Shown here in pieces: positions 28,084-36,051 of a DNA stretch of 64,000 nt (position 1 is its first letter; each line of letters starts with the position of its first letter). The notes under the pieces are model-generated. The model did no database searches and was not told where the DNA came from. It saw only the letters and a list, made by a program, of their open reading frames with translations. Made by a program: the position numbers and the translations under genes. This DNA is from an uncultured Clostridia bacterium (lineage in GTDB: Bacteria; Bacillota; Clostridia; Christensenellales; Borkfalkiaceae): NCBI GenBank assembly GCA_964481555.1, contig CAYZTP010000001.1:38576-102575 (forward strand), given 5' to 3'.

Positions 28084-28117
28084 GGAATTCGGCTATTTTT
28101 TCGGCGAACGTATTCTC

Positions 28118-28146
28118 TTGACCTTTCCGTTCTGTTTTGATATACT
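28118..28146 (+). promoter_or_regulatory. sigmaA promoter for aroA (leaderless geometry)
   Basis: TTGACC (28118-28123), 17-nt spacer, TGaTATACT (hexamer at 28141-28146). The ATG begins 8 nt after the hexamer and there is no SD. Confidence 0.65.
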
Positions 28147-28153
28147 TGTCAGT

Positions 28154-29419
28154 ATGAAAGAATATGCCGTAAAACAATTTTCCGCAAATGGACAAACGCT
28201 TACTTTTGAAGTTCCTTCTTCAAAGAGCATAATCAATCGCGCCCTGATACTCGCCGCCACGGCCAACGGGGACGTATTTCTGCGTTGCGGCGCATACGGC
28301 GAAGACACGCGTGCGCTGCTGCAATGCTTGGAGTCTCTTGGAATATGCTTTGAAAAACAAGCGGACGGAATCCTCATACACGGTTGCGGCGGAAATATCC
28401 CCAATCGGAATACGGTTCTCGACGTGATGAGCGCGGGCACCGTCGCGCGATTTCTTACGATTTTGCTTGCCGTTTGCGGAGGAACATATCGATTTTGTTC
28501 GTCGCCGCAAATGCAACGCCGCCCGATGAACCATTTAAAATTGCTTGAAAGACACGGCGTTCAAATCAAATGTGAGAACGAACCGTATCATTTTCCTTTT
28601 ACCATGCAATCAAACGGAATCTTAGACGACGATTTTATCATCGATACCGACGAAAGCACCCAATACGCCAGCGGAATGCTGCTTGCCGCAAGCGTACGGC
28701 CTTCGACCATTCGATTGACCGGCGGTCGCGCCAACGGCAGTTATATTCATATCACCCTCTCCGTCATGAAGGATTTCGGTATTCCGTTTGCGCGTAGCGG
28801 CGCGAACATTACCGTTTCCCGTCCGAGTAAAACGCCGAAAGAATTCGTAGCGGAACCCGATCTTTCCGCCGCTTGCTATTTTTATGCTCTTTCGCTTTTA
28901 TTCGGTTGCAAGGTGGTTGTTCGCGGGATCGAGAAGAAGTCCGTTCAAGGCGATTTTGCCTTCCTTCGTTTGTTGCAAAAACGCGGCGTACGTTTACAAG
29001 AAACTCCAGAAGGTTTGTTAGCCGACGGGAGCAGAGTAAAAGATTTCGCAGGGTTTGATGAAGACGTTCAAGATTTTTCCGATCAAACGCTCACGCTTGC
29101 CGCGCTCGCCCCGTTCGCGACGTCGCCTACCGTGCTACGCAACGTGAGTCACATACGCGCGCAGGAGTGCGACCGTATCTCCGCAATCTGCGAAAATTTA
29201 ACAAACCTCGGCGTGCTTGCAAACACAGACGGAAATAATATTTATATCTCTCCCGCGCCCATTACGGGCGGAACAGTGCGCGCTTTCGGGGATCATCGCG
29301 TGGCGATGTCGTTTGCGCTCTTAGGATTAAAAACGGGAAACGTTACGATAGACGATCCCGATTGCTGCAAAAAAACGTTTGAAAATTATTTTGAAATTCT
29401 TACGCGTTTAACAAAATAA
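28154..29419 (+). CDS. aroA: 3-phosphoshikimate 1-carboxyvinyltransferase (EPSP synthase)
   Basis: 421 aa. VPSSKSIINRALILAA N-terminal motif and a C-terminal DHRVAMSFALLG. Confidence 0.92.
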   Translation: MKEYAVKQFSANGQTLTFEVPSSKSIINRALILAATANGDVFLRCGAYGEDTRALLQCLESLGICFEKQADGILIHGCGGNIPNRNTVLDVMSAGTVARFLTILLAVCGGTYRFCSSPQMQRRPMNHLKLLERHGVQIKCENEPYHFPFTMQSNGILDDDFIIDTDESTQYASGMLLAASVRPSTIRLTGGRANGSYIHITLSVMKDFGIPFARSGANITVSRPSKTPKEFVAEPDLSAACYFYALSLLFGCKVVVRGIEKKSVQGDFAFLRLLQKRGVRLQETPEGLLADGSRVKDFAGFDEDVQDFSDQTLTLAALAPFATSPTVLRNVSHIRAQECDRISAICENLTNLGVLANTDGNNIYISPAPITGGTVRAFGDHRVAMSFALLGLKTGNVTIDDPDCCKKTFENYFEILTRLTK

Positions 29420-29435
29420 TGCCGCGAATCCCCCT

Positions 29436-31769
29436 TTAATAAAGAGTAATCGCTTCGAACAGGCGCGCGCTTGCCCTGCCGTTCATGCCTTCGAAACGAA
29501 GATTCAGCACATAGATTTCTTTTCCGTCGACGATTTTTTTCCTTGTTTTTTCCGCAATCAAATGTGCGGGAAGATCAAATTCCCGTCGGTAAGATTCTTC
29601 TCCCTGCGTTTCGTTGACCCATCCCGCAAATACAACGCTTCCGTCCGCCGTAATTTTTAATGTTTTACCGTTGTCTTTGCGCAGTAAACCAACGGAAAGC
29701 ACATGGTCTCTTTTGCAATCGACGGCGAAATCATAGGAAAAATACCCGCCCGATTTCGCATAACGGGAAGAACCGTTCGCCGTAAGGGCAACGGAATTTT
29801 TTTCTTTCATGGCGTGCAATTCGTCCGTCTCGTATTGTCCGTATCCCGGTTGAACGCTATCGAACGGTTCGCGCAATTCTTTCCCTTCCGGAGAATCGTC
29901 CGCCCGTTTCCCCTCGCGGCAGCGCAGATAAATCGCGTACCGTTCTTTATACCGACGATAATGCAACCCGAATTTTAACGGAACATCCGCTCCCGTTAGG
30001 TAAAACGCGTCGCCTTCCCGTTTTAAATACGCCGAAGGATTTTCAAACAGCTTCATTAAATCATCAAAATACAGCCGCTCGGTCGATATAATTTTTTTCG
30101 CAGGAACGGTAACTTCCACTCCCGTTACCGATTCCGTCATATTTTCCGTACCCAAATCCGCGCTGAGAACCGCGCCGCCGTATTGAAAGGCAAAAGCGTC
30201 CCGCCCGTCGGGAAGTCCTTTCATGGTCACGGTAACGGGAATCTTGATTGCGAGCGCGTCTCCGCTTTGTACCCGTACGCATAAATGGCCTTCTCTCTCT
30301 TTCGCAGCGATCTCCTTGTCGCCCCGTTTGAGAACGGGATATTCCGCCGCCCAATCGGGAATGCGCAAATACAATAAAAACGGTTCTTCCGCGCGAAGAA
30401 TTTGTATTTCCGCCATATCCGAAAGCGGAAAATTACAGCTTAAAGAAAGCTCATTTCCGCCGAAAGAAACGACGGAGGAGAGATATTGTTCGAGATACAA
30501 ATTCTTTCCATCGGTATAATAGACGCTGTCTCCGAGCTTGGTAAAATTTTCCATGCCCGTTCCCGTACAACACCAAAATTTATCGTAAGGACGGGAGTAT
30601 ACTTTAAAGAAACCGCTTGCCATGGGCTGGAAATAAGTCGTCATGCCCGTTTCGGGATTTTGCGAAGAAAGAATACTATTTACAAAAGCGTTATCGTAAT
30701 AATCGGTATATTTTTTCTCCCCCGTGACACAATACAGCATACGCGTGAGTTTGAGCATATTATAGACGTTACACGTTTCGCAGTTGCAATTCGTACGCTT
30801 CGAATCGAGTACATAGTCCTTTCCGAAATGCTCCCATTCCGAATTGCCGCCCGTCGCATAGGTATGCCGTTCTACAACGATTTCCCAAAACCGTTCGGCA
30901 ACGCGCAAATATCTGCCCGCATTTACTTTTTTCCCATCAAATATTCTTCCGTGCAAAACAAGATAGCGTTTCAGCGCGCCGATGATTTTGGGAATCGTCG
31001 TATTGGCGTGTTTATCTTTTAACACGTTTTCTTCTTCGGAGAGAATCTTCGTAAAAAGTTTTTCTTCGTCGAATAGATGCGCCGCGAACGCATGATCTTC
31101 TTTATTCGTAAGCAGATACAAATCGTACAAGCAATCGTTCATGCCTCCGTATTCCACGGAGAGAACTTTATGACGCAAACGCGTACTCCAATTAGACGCC
31201 CGACGATACACCCAATCGCCGAGTTCGGAAGCAACAAAAAGCGCTTTTTCGTATCCCGTCAGCCGATAGGCGTCGATTAAGCCGGCAAGCAATTTATGCA
31301 TGGTATACCAAGGAACCCACGCTTCCCGTTTAATATTTGTCTTTCCGCGTTCTACGTTATCAAATTGCGCCTCTACGCCCGCAGCTTTCGCGGGGGGAGC
31401 CCCCCAAAGGAAGCCCTTTTCTCCTTTGGAATGCGCTTGACATTCCGCCAACGAATCCACGACCGATTTCATTTTTCCATAAAGCGCGACGCGTTTCTCT
31501 TCGGAAACGCCGGTATTCACCGCTCCTTGTGCAACCGCCGTCAAATAATGCCCCAATGTATGTCCGCCGATGAGTCCGCTTTCCCATCCTCCGTAACGGG
31601 TATAAGACGTGCGCAAATCCGCGTTTTCGTAAAAACCCGCAAGCAGCCGTCCCTCCTGTAAAGAAAGAAGGTATGAAACTTCTTTTTCCAAAGCGTTCGC
31701 GCAATATCCGTCCGTTACTTTCGTTGCGCCGAACGGCAAGACTTGTAATTTCGTTTTGATTATGTTCAT
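29436..31769 (-). CDS. glycoside hydrolase family 127-like (DUF1680, beta-L-arabinofuranosidase family)
   Basis: 777 aa. GHTLGHYLTA and WCCTGTG motifs are typical of DUF1680/GH127. Confidence 0.75.
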   Translation of the reverse strand: MNIIKTKLQVLPFGATKVTDGYCANALEKEVSYLLSLQEGRLLAGFYENADLRTSYTRYGGWESGLIGGHTLGHYLTAVAQGAVNTGVSEEKRVALYGKMKSVVDSLAECQAHSKGEKGFLWGAPPAKAAGVEAQFDNVERGKTNIKREAWVPWYTMHKLLAGLIDAYRLTGYEKALFVASELGDWVYRRASNWSTRLRHKVLSVEYGGMNDCLYDLYLLTNKEDHAFAAHLFDEEKLFTKILSEEENVLKDKHANTTIPKIIGALKRYLVLHGRIFDGKKVNAGRYLRVAERFWEIVVERHTYATGGNSEWEHFGKDYVLDSKRTNCNCETCNVYNMLKLTRMLYCVTGEKKYTDYYDNAFVNSILSSQNPETGMTTYFQPMASGFFKVYSRPYDKFWCCTGTGMENFTKLGDSVYYTDGKNLYLEQYLSSVVSFGGNELSLSCNFPLSDMAEIQILRAEEPFLLYLRIPDWAAEYPVLKRGDKEIAAKEREGHLCVRVQSGDALAIKIPVTVTMKGLPDGRDAFAFQYGGAVLSADLGTENMTESVTGVEVTVPAKKIISTERLYFDDLMKLFENPSAYLKREGDAFYLTGADVPLKFGLHYRRYKERYAIYLRCREGKRADDSPEGKELREPFDSVQPGYGQYETDELHAMKEKNSVALTANGSSRYAKSGGYFSYDFAVDCKRDHVLSVGLLRKDNGKTLKITADGSVVFAGWVNETQGEESYRREFDLPAHLIAEKTRKKIVDGKEIYVLNLRFEGMNGRASARLFEAITLY

Positions 31770-31906
31770 TTTGATTCCGTCCCTTTTACCGTTATTAGCT
31801 CCATTCTATTTTCAATAAACGCAGAAACACGTTCCTTAACTATTATAAAAAACCGATAAGAAAAAGTAAATCTCATTTTCCCATAACGAAATATCAAAAA
31901 GTAAGA

Positions 31907-32374
31907 TCAAGGTATGACGTTGCCGTTTTCCAAATACGCAAGGAGCGCCTCGCACCCCTTTTTCACGTCGCGATAGGTTTCGTCAAAATTTCCCGTGTAC
32001 CAAGGATCGGCAATGGCGCGGCTATGCGGCGTAAAGTCCAGCAGCTTTTTTACTTTATCGGCATACCGTTCGCCGACAATCCGTTTCATGTCTCTCACGT
32101 TATAGTCGTCCATACCGATTAGAAAGTCGTAATTTTCGCCGTCCGCTCTATTCATTAGTCGCGCACGGTGCGGAACGAGCGGTATCCCTTCTCTCCGCAA
32201 TTTTTCCCGCGTGCCGTAATGCGGAGGATTCCCTAATTCGTCGGTGTGCGCCGCCGCGGAATCGACGGAAACGTATTCCGTAAGCCCCCTTTCCGCAATC
32301 ATTTTCGATAGTACGCTTTCCGCCATGGGAGAGCGGCAAATATTTCCGTGACAAACAAATAAAATACGAATCAT
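31907..32374 (-). CDS. low-molecular-weight protein-tyrosine phosphatase
   Basis: P-loop ILFVCHGNICRSPMAE (CX5R) and a C-terminal DPWY motif. Confidence 0.9.
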   Translation of the reverse strand: MIRILFVCHGNICRSPMAESVLSKMIAERGLTEYVSVDSAAAHTDELGNPPHYGTREKLRREGIPLVPHRARLMNRADGENYDFLIGMDDYNVRDMKRIVGERYADKVKKLLDFTPHSRAIADPWYTGNFDETYRDVKKGCEALLAYLENGNVIP

Positions 32375-32436
32375 GCTTTATTTTTCTAAAATGCAAAAAA
32401 TTTTTTATTTTTTTGTAAAAACCTTCTTGATAATAG

Positions 32437-32465
32437 TTGCATTCATTCACAAAAAGAGTTATAAT
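32437..32465 (+). promoter_or_regulatory. sigmaA promoter for the XRE gene (leaderless geometry)
   Basis: TTGCAT (32437-32442), 17-nt spacer, TATAAT (32460-32465). The ATG is at 32472, 6 nt after the hexamer, with no SD. Confidence 0.6.
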
Positions 32466-32471
32466 AGAACC

Positions 32472-32675
32472 ATGAAAATTTTATCCGAGCGATTATTAGA
32501 ACTTAGAAAAGAGAGAGGACTTTCTCAGGCAACCGTTGCAAAAGATTTGGGCGTAAGCTTGGGAATCATTTGTTATTGGGAAACCAACAAAAGCGATCCA
32601 ACAGCGAGAAATATTGCGAAAATGTCGCGTTATTTCAACGTTTCTGCGGATTATCTTCTCGGCCTTTCTGATTAA
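32472..32675 (+). CDS. XRE-family HTH transcriptional regulator (67 aa)
   Basis: LRKERGLSQATVAKDLGVSLGIICYWETNKSDP is a Cro/C1-type HTH. Start moved to ATG 32472. Confidence 0.85.
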   Translation: MKILSERLLELRKERGLSQATVAKDLGVSLGIICYWETNKSDPTARNIAKMSRYFNVSADYLLGLSD

Positions 32676-32706
32676 TTTATCGCATTCAAGACAATTTCAT
32701 AACCAC

Positions 32707-32740
32707 AAAAATCGTTCCTTGTATTAGGAACGATTTTTCA
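32707..32740. terminator. bidirectional intrinsic terminator (XRE gene / yabP operon end)
   Basis: Perfect 11-bp stem AAAATCGTTCC-N8-GGAACGATTTT, which abuts the stop codon at 32738. Confidence 0.8.
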
Positions 32741-33805
32741 TGTTCCTTTTTTTAATGAAAAAAGGAGTTTTTTTTCATATTCCCGCATTCCGCGCAACGG
32801 AATCTTTTTGATAAGCTTCCCCGCTTTTTCGAACGCTTCTTCACGGATCTCCCCGTTTTCCGTGATTGCCAGAGTGCGGTAATATCGGATCGTCTTGCTC
32901 TTTGTGCACGAAGGATCTATCCTTTGAACGCTTTCATTGCACAGTACCGCCCGAACGTATATCCAATCGTAAGCGATTTCCGTATTTTGCTCCTCGGAAA
33001 GATATTCGTTTAAATCCGTCAACCGTTTTAATTCCCGTATCGCGCCATCCGTATCCCCTTGCCAAATCATATATTGATATCTGAGTTGCTCCAAGGCAAG
33101 AAAAGCGTTGTCGTCCTCGCGGACAACGGGCGCGTCGAACAGCAAACTACGCGGAATTTCCGAAAAACAATGACGATTCAATATTCCCTGTGCCCGAAAC
33201 ACCCTGAGCGCAATATCTGCTTCGGGCGTTTTTTTCAAAATACTCAGCGCGAAGGCTCCGTCCGTCTTTCCCGTAGGAAGCTCGGCGGGATATAAAGCGA
33301 TCAATCCTTCCGCCAAACTGAACGGCGCCAACACCTCGAAAAATAAAAGAACGGGCGAACGCAAACCCGCGAAAAACAAGACAAGAAACGCCGCTGCGTA
33401 AATGAAATTTAAAAGAATTCCGCCCAATGTATAAATCAGAATCCCGTCCCGCGCAACATTCCCGCTTTTAGGATACATTTGCGTCGCTCCCGAATTTCTT
33501 TTCCATACAAAACGGATTGGTTTCCCCGTGCGGTAAACGCCTATCCAATTCACGCAAACGGAAAAAAATTTCATTCCCGATAAAAAACCGAACAACAAAT
33601 GCCCAAGCTCATGCACCAACACGCCGATTGGGAAAAAAACGCATACCGCCAGCGCGGAAACGGCAACGATGACGATTTGCAGAGAAGGCTCTTGCCAAGA
33701 TGCGTCGTTTGCCGCATATAACAAAAACGCCGCCGCAACGAACTCCGCGACGATACAGGCGGCTACGAAAATTCGATATACGATTAGTTTTGTTCGTCCG
33801 CTCAT
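32738..33805 (-). CDS. site-2-protease-like (M50-like) membrane metalloprotease with C-terminal helical soluble domain
   Basis: HExxH inside a TM helix (VLVHELGHLLFG), a later YPAELPTGKTDG segment resembling the NxxPxxxxDG motif, and a soluble tail of about 170 aa. Confidence 0.6.
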   Translation of the reverse strand: MSGRTKLIVYRIFVAACIVAEFVAAAFLLYAANDASWQEPSLQIVIVAVSALAVCVFFPIGVLVHELGHLLFGFLSGMKFFSVCVNWIGVYRTGKPIRFVWKRNSGATQMYPKSGNVARDGILIYTLGGILLNFIYAAAFLVLFFAGLRSPVLLFFEVLAPFSLAEGLIALYPAELPTGKTDGAFALSILKKTPEADIALRVFRAQGILNRHCFSEIPRSLLFDAPVVREDDNAFLALEQLRYQYMIWQGDTDGAIRELKRLTDLNEYLSEEQNTEIAYDWIYVRAVLCNESVQRIDPSCTKSKTIRYYRTLAITENGEIREEAFEKAGKLIKKIPLRGMREYEKKLLFSLKKGT

Positions 33806-34662
33806 ATCAGCCCTTTTAACGATAAATATCCTTCTAAATTATCCCGATCGGATATCAAAATACTCTCTAAGTTTAATTTTTTAAGAATTTCCGAAAATAA
33901 CAACGCTCCGCCCGCGATAATATCCGCGCGCTTTTTGTCCATGCCGGCGATTGCCTTGCGTTCCTCTGCCGTTAGCGATAATAATTTCGCCGCAAGCGTT
34001 TGCGCTTCTACCGCAGAAAATTCCGTATCCTGTATTTTTTTTGCATCATATTCGGGTAAACCCAGCTTCACCGAAGCGAGCGTGGCAGCCGTTCCCCCTA
34101 CCGCGTAGACCTTCCCGACGGATCGAACCGCCGCAAGCGGCGCAATCCGAGCGTTAATCTCCTGTAAAAGCTTATTTTTATCGTCTCCGCACAAATCGAA
34201 CAGCCGTACTGCGCCGATATCCAAACTAACGGCAAAAGTCCGTTCGCCGTTTAAACAAAAACAAACTTCTGTGCTCGCGCCGCCGATATCGATCACGCCG
34301 CCGTCTTTTTTGCCGAGCGCGCCAAGCAGAGCAAGCCGAGCTTCCTCCTCTCCTCTTACGACGTCTACCCAAAGTCCGCAGCTTTCTTTCACAAGCGCAC
34401 AAAACTCCCCGCCGTTTTTCGCAGAACGCACTGCAGCGGTTGCAAACGCATAGATGCTTTCCGCTTTTTCCGCACGCGCTTGCGCGCAAAAATCCGCTAC
34501 CGCGGCGGCAGTGCGTCGCATGGCGTCCGCTCCAAGCGTTCCGCTTTGTGCGATTCCTTCCCCGAGGCGGGTCGTATTTACCCGTTTATATAAAGACGTT
34601 CCGTCCGCCCAAATCATCAGACGAACGGAATTTGAACCGATATCGATTACCGCCAGCTTCAT
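33802..34662 (-). CDS. Ppx/GppA-family phosphatase (short form)
   Basis: MKLAVIDIGSNSVRLM actin-like ATPase N-terminus and DIGGASTE. Confidence 0.85.
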   Translation of the reverse strand: MKLAVIDIGSNSVRLMIWADGTSLYKRVNTTRLGEGIAQSGTLGADAMRRTAAAVADFCAQARAEKAESIYAFATAAVRSAKNGGEFCALVKESCGLWVDVVRGEEEARLALLGALGKKDGGVIDIGGASTEVCFCLNGERTFAVSLDIGAVRLFDLCGDDKNKLLQEINARIAPLAAVRSVGKVYAVGGTAATLASVKLGLPEYDAKKIQDTEFSAVEAQTLAAKLLSLTAEERKAIAGMDKKRADIIAGGALLFSEILKKLNLESILISDRDNLEGYLSLKGLI

Positions 34663-34669
34663 AGAACGC

Positions 34670-34933
34670 TCAGCCCCAACCTTCTTTGCGCGCTAAGTAA
34701 CGAAGTCCTTCCTGCGTTTTATAATATTCCAAATCGTAGGAATCGGAAGCGATTAATTCTTCGTAAAGCGCAATTTCGCTTTCAAGATCGGCTTTTTCGG
34801 AATTTCTCACTCCGATTTGCACAAACTGGATAATCAGAACTACAATCAAAAAGAATACAATCAAGACGCCGCCGACCGTCGCCCCTACCGCGATTCTTCT
34901 CGCTTTTTCTTCCGAAATATGAACTTTCCGCAT
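34670..34933 (-). CDS. divIC: septum formation initiator (DivIC/FtsB family)
   Basis: 87 aa. Single TM followed by a coiled coil, located after yabP-yabQ as in Bacillus. Confidence 0.65.
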   Translation of the reverse strand: MRKVHISEEKARRIAVGATVGGVLIVFFLIVVLIIQFVQIGVRNSEKADLESEIALYEELIASDSYDLEYYKTQEGLRYLARKEGWG

Positions 34934-35265
34934 CGCTTTGCACCCTTTTTCTTTGGTATTCGTTTCTTAGCGCTATTATATACTCTTTTCAGCAAAAAAT
35001 CAACTGTTTTATGAAAACTTTTCAAATAGAGAAAAAACCCCGCCGCGCACCCGCAAAACATATAAACGCGGAAGTTTGGCAGAGCGAGCCGTACGGATAT
35101 CGCCAAATAAAACATCGTAAATACGACACAGAAAAACAGTTCCGAAATCGTTTTTAAAACTCGGCTCCGAAAAGGCGCCTGCGCATATTCAAAAACGTCG
35201 TATATCACGCCGCCCGTTATACCGCAACAGACGCATACGAGAAAGACATAAAGCTGTTCTTTCAT
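34885..35265 (-). CDS. yabQ: spore cortex biosynthesis protein YabQ
   Basis: 126 aa, 3-4 TM helices and a basic tail. It overlaps yabP by 4 nt and divIC by 49 nt. Confidence 0.65.
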   Translation of the reverse strand: MKEQLYVFLVCVCCGITGGVIYDVFEYAQAPFRSRVLKTISELFFCVVFTMFYLAISVRLALPNFRVYMFCGCAAGFFLYLKSFHKTVDFLLKRVYNSAKKRIPKKKGAKRCGKFIFRKKKREESR

Positions 35266-35516
35266 TGAAACAATTTGGAAATTCTTTTCGTCGCGCCGAA
35301 CTTAACGATTTTCACTTCTCCGTTTGCGGCGAAATTACCGTTCCCTTGCGAAAAAGTAAGGATTTTTAGATTTTCGCCGCCGATCGTCACCTTTTTTCCG
35401 CCGACCGTTAAAATGATCGCCGTATCGGAAAAACTGTCTACGCTTTCCACGCAAGTCATGGTCAGCCTGCGCTGTCCTTCAAGGGTAAATACGCTTTGAT
35501 TGCTCTGTTCCTGCAT
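35262..35516 (-). CDS. yabP: sporulation protein YabP
   Basis: 84 aa. The pattern LEGQRRLTMTCVESVDSFSDTAIILTVGGKKVTIGGENLKI matches YabP family architecture. Confidence 0.75.
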   Translation of the reverse strand: MQEQSNQSVFTLEGQRRLTMTCVESVDSFSDTAIILTVGGKKVTIGGENLKILTFSQGNGNFAANGEVKIVKFGATKRISKLFQ

Positions 35517-35521
35517 ACGGT

Positions 35522-35550
35522 ATTGTATGAACGAAAAAAAAGAAATATAC
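35522..35550 (-). promoter_or_regulatory. sigmaE-type sporulation promoter for the yabP operon
   Basis: Minus strand reads GTATATT (35544-35550), 14-nt spacer, CATACAAT (35522-35529). The recalled sigmaE consensus is kmATATT-N14-CATACAmT. The -10 ends 5 nt before the ATG. Confidence 0.65.
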
Positions 35551-35551
35551 T

Positions 35552-35881
35552 TTATTCCGTAACCGTTTCCCTTATCGTACGCTTCCCGATTTTATGCGTA
35601 AAATAACAGATAGCGATCTCCAATAACACCGCAAATACAGCTAATACGACGACAAAACCGACAAGATTAAACCGATAAGGATCTGCCATCCCTTTAAATA
35701 ATGTTTCAATCACGATTTTCAAAAGCGCGTACTGATAAAGCGTTCCGAGGGCAAATCCGATATAAGCAAGCAGCCGATATCCCCCGAATACCGTTTCTCC
35801 GCATTGCCGCGCCGTGTAACCGTTTGCTTTCATGACGGTGGCTGTTTTCGCGTTTGCATTGGCAAGGGAAAGTAAACGCAA
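35552..35881 (-). pseudogene. 5'-truncated remnant of an FtsX-family ABC permease
   Basis: It encodes only ...ANANAKTATVMKANGYTARQ... plus two TM helices, which is the C-terminal part of an FtsX domain. An in-frame stop lies at 35906-35908, and there is no ATPase or N-terminal part nearby. Confidence 0.5.
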
Positions 35882-35983
35882 GCAAGAACGGTGTGTAGTC
35901 TTTGATTAGACTATATATTGTTTCATTATCAAGTCTATTATGCAGCAGGTATTTTCAAAGAGATCCCTGTCAAGCATTTGCAT

Positions 35984-36016
35984 AAAAAAACTCCCCGCCC
36001 GAAGAATCAGGGAATT
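35984..36016 (-). terminator. probable intrinsic terminator after typA
   Basis: Minus strand reads TTCCCTG-N10-CGGGGAG (6 pairs including one G-U) followed by T7. Confidence 0.45.
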
Positions 36017-36024
36017 TTACCGAT

Positions 36025-36051
36025 ACTATCTCACACATAATACTATGCAAA
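36025..36051 (-). promoter_or_regulatory. recurrent 27-nt motif, copy B (orphan, abuts typA stop)
   Basis: Minus strand reads TTTGCATAGTATTATGTGTGAGATAGT. It shares an identical 17-mer with copy A. Confidence 0.4.
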
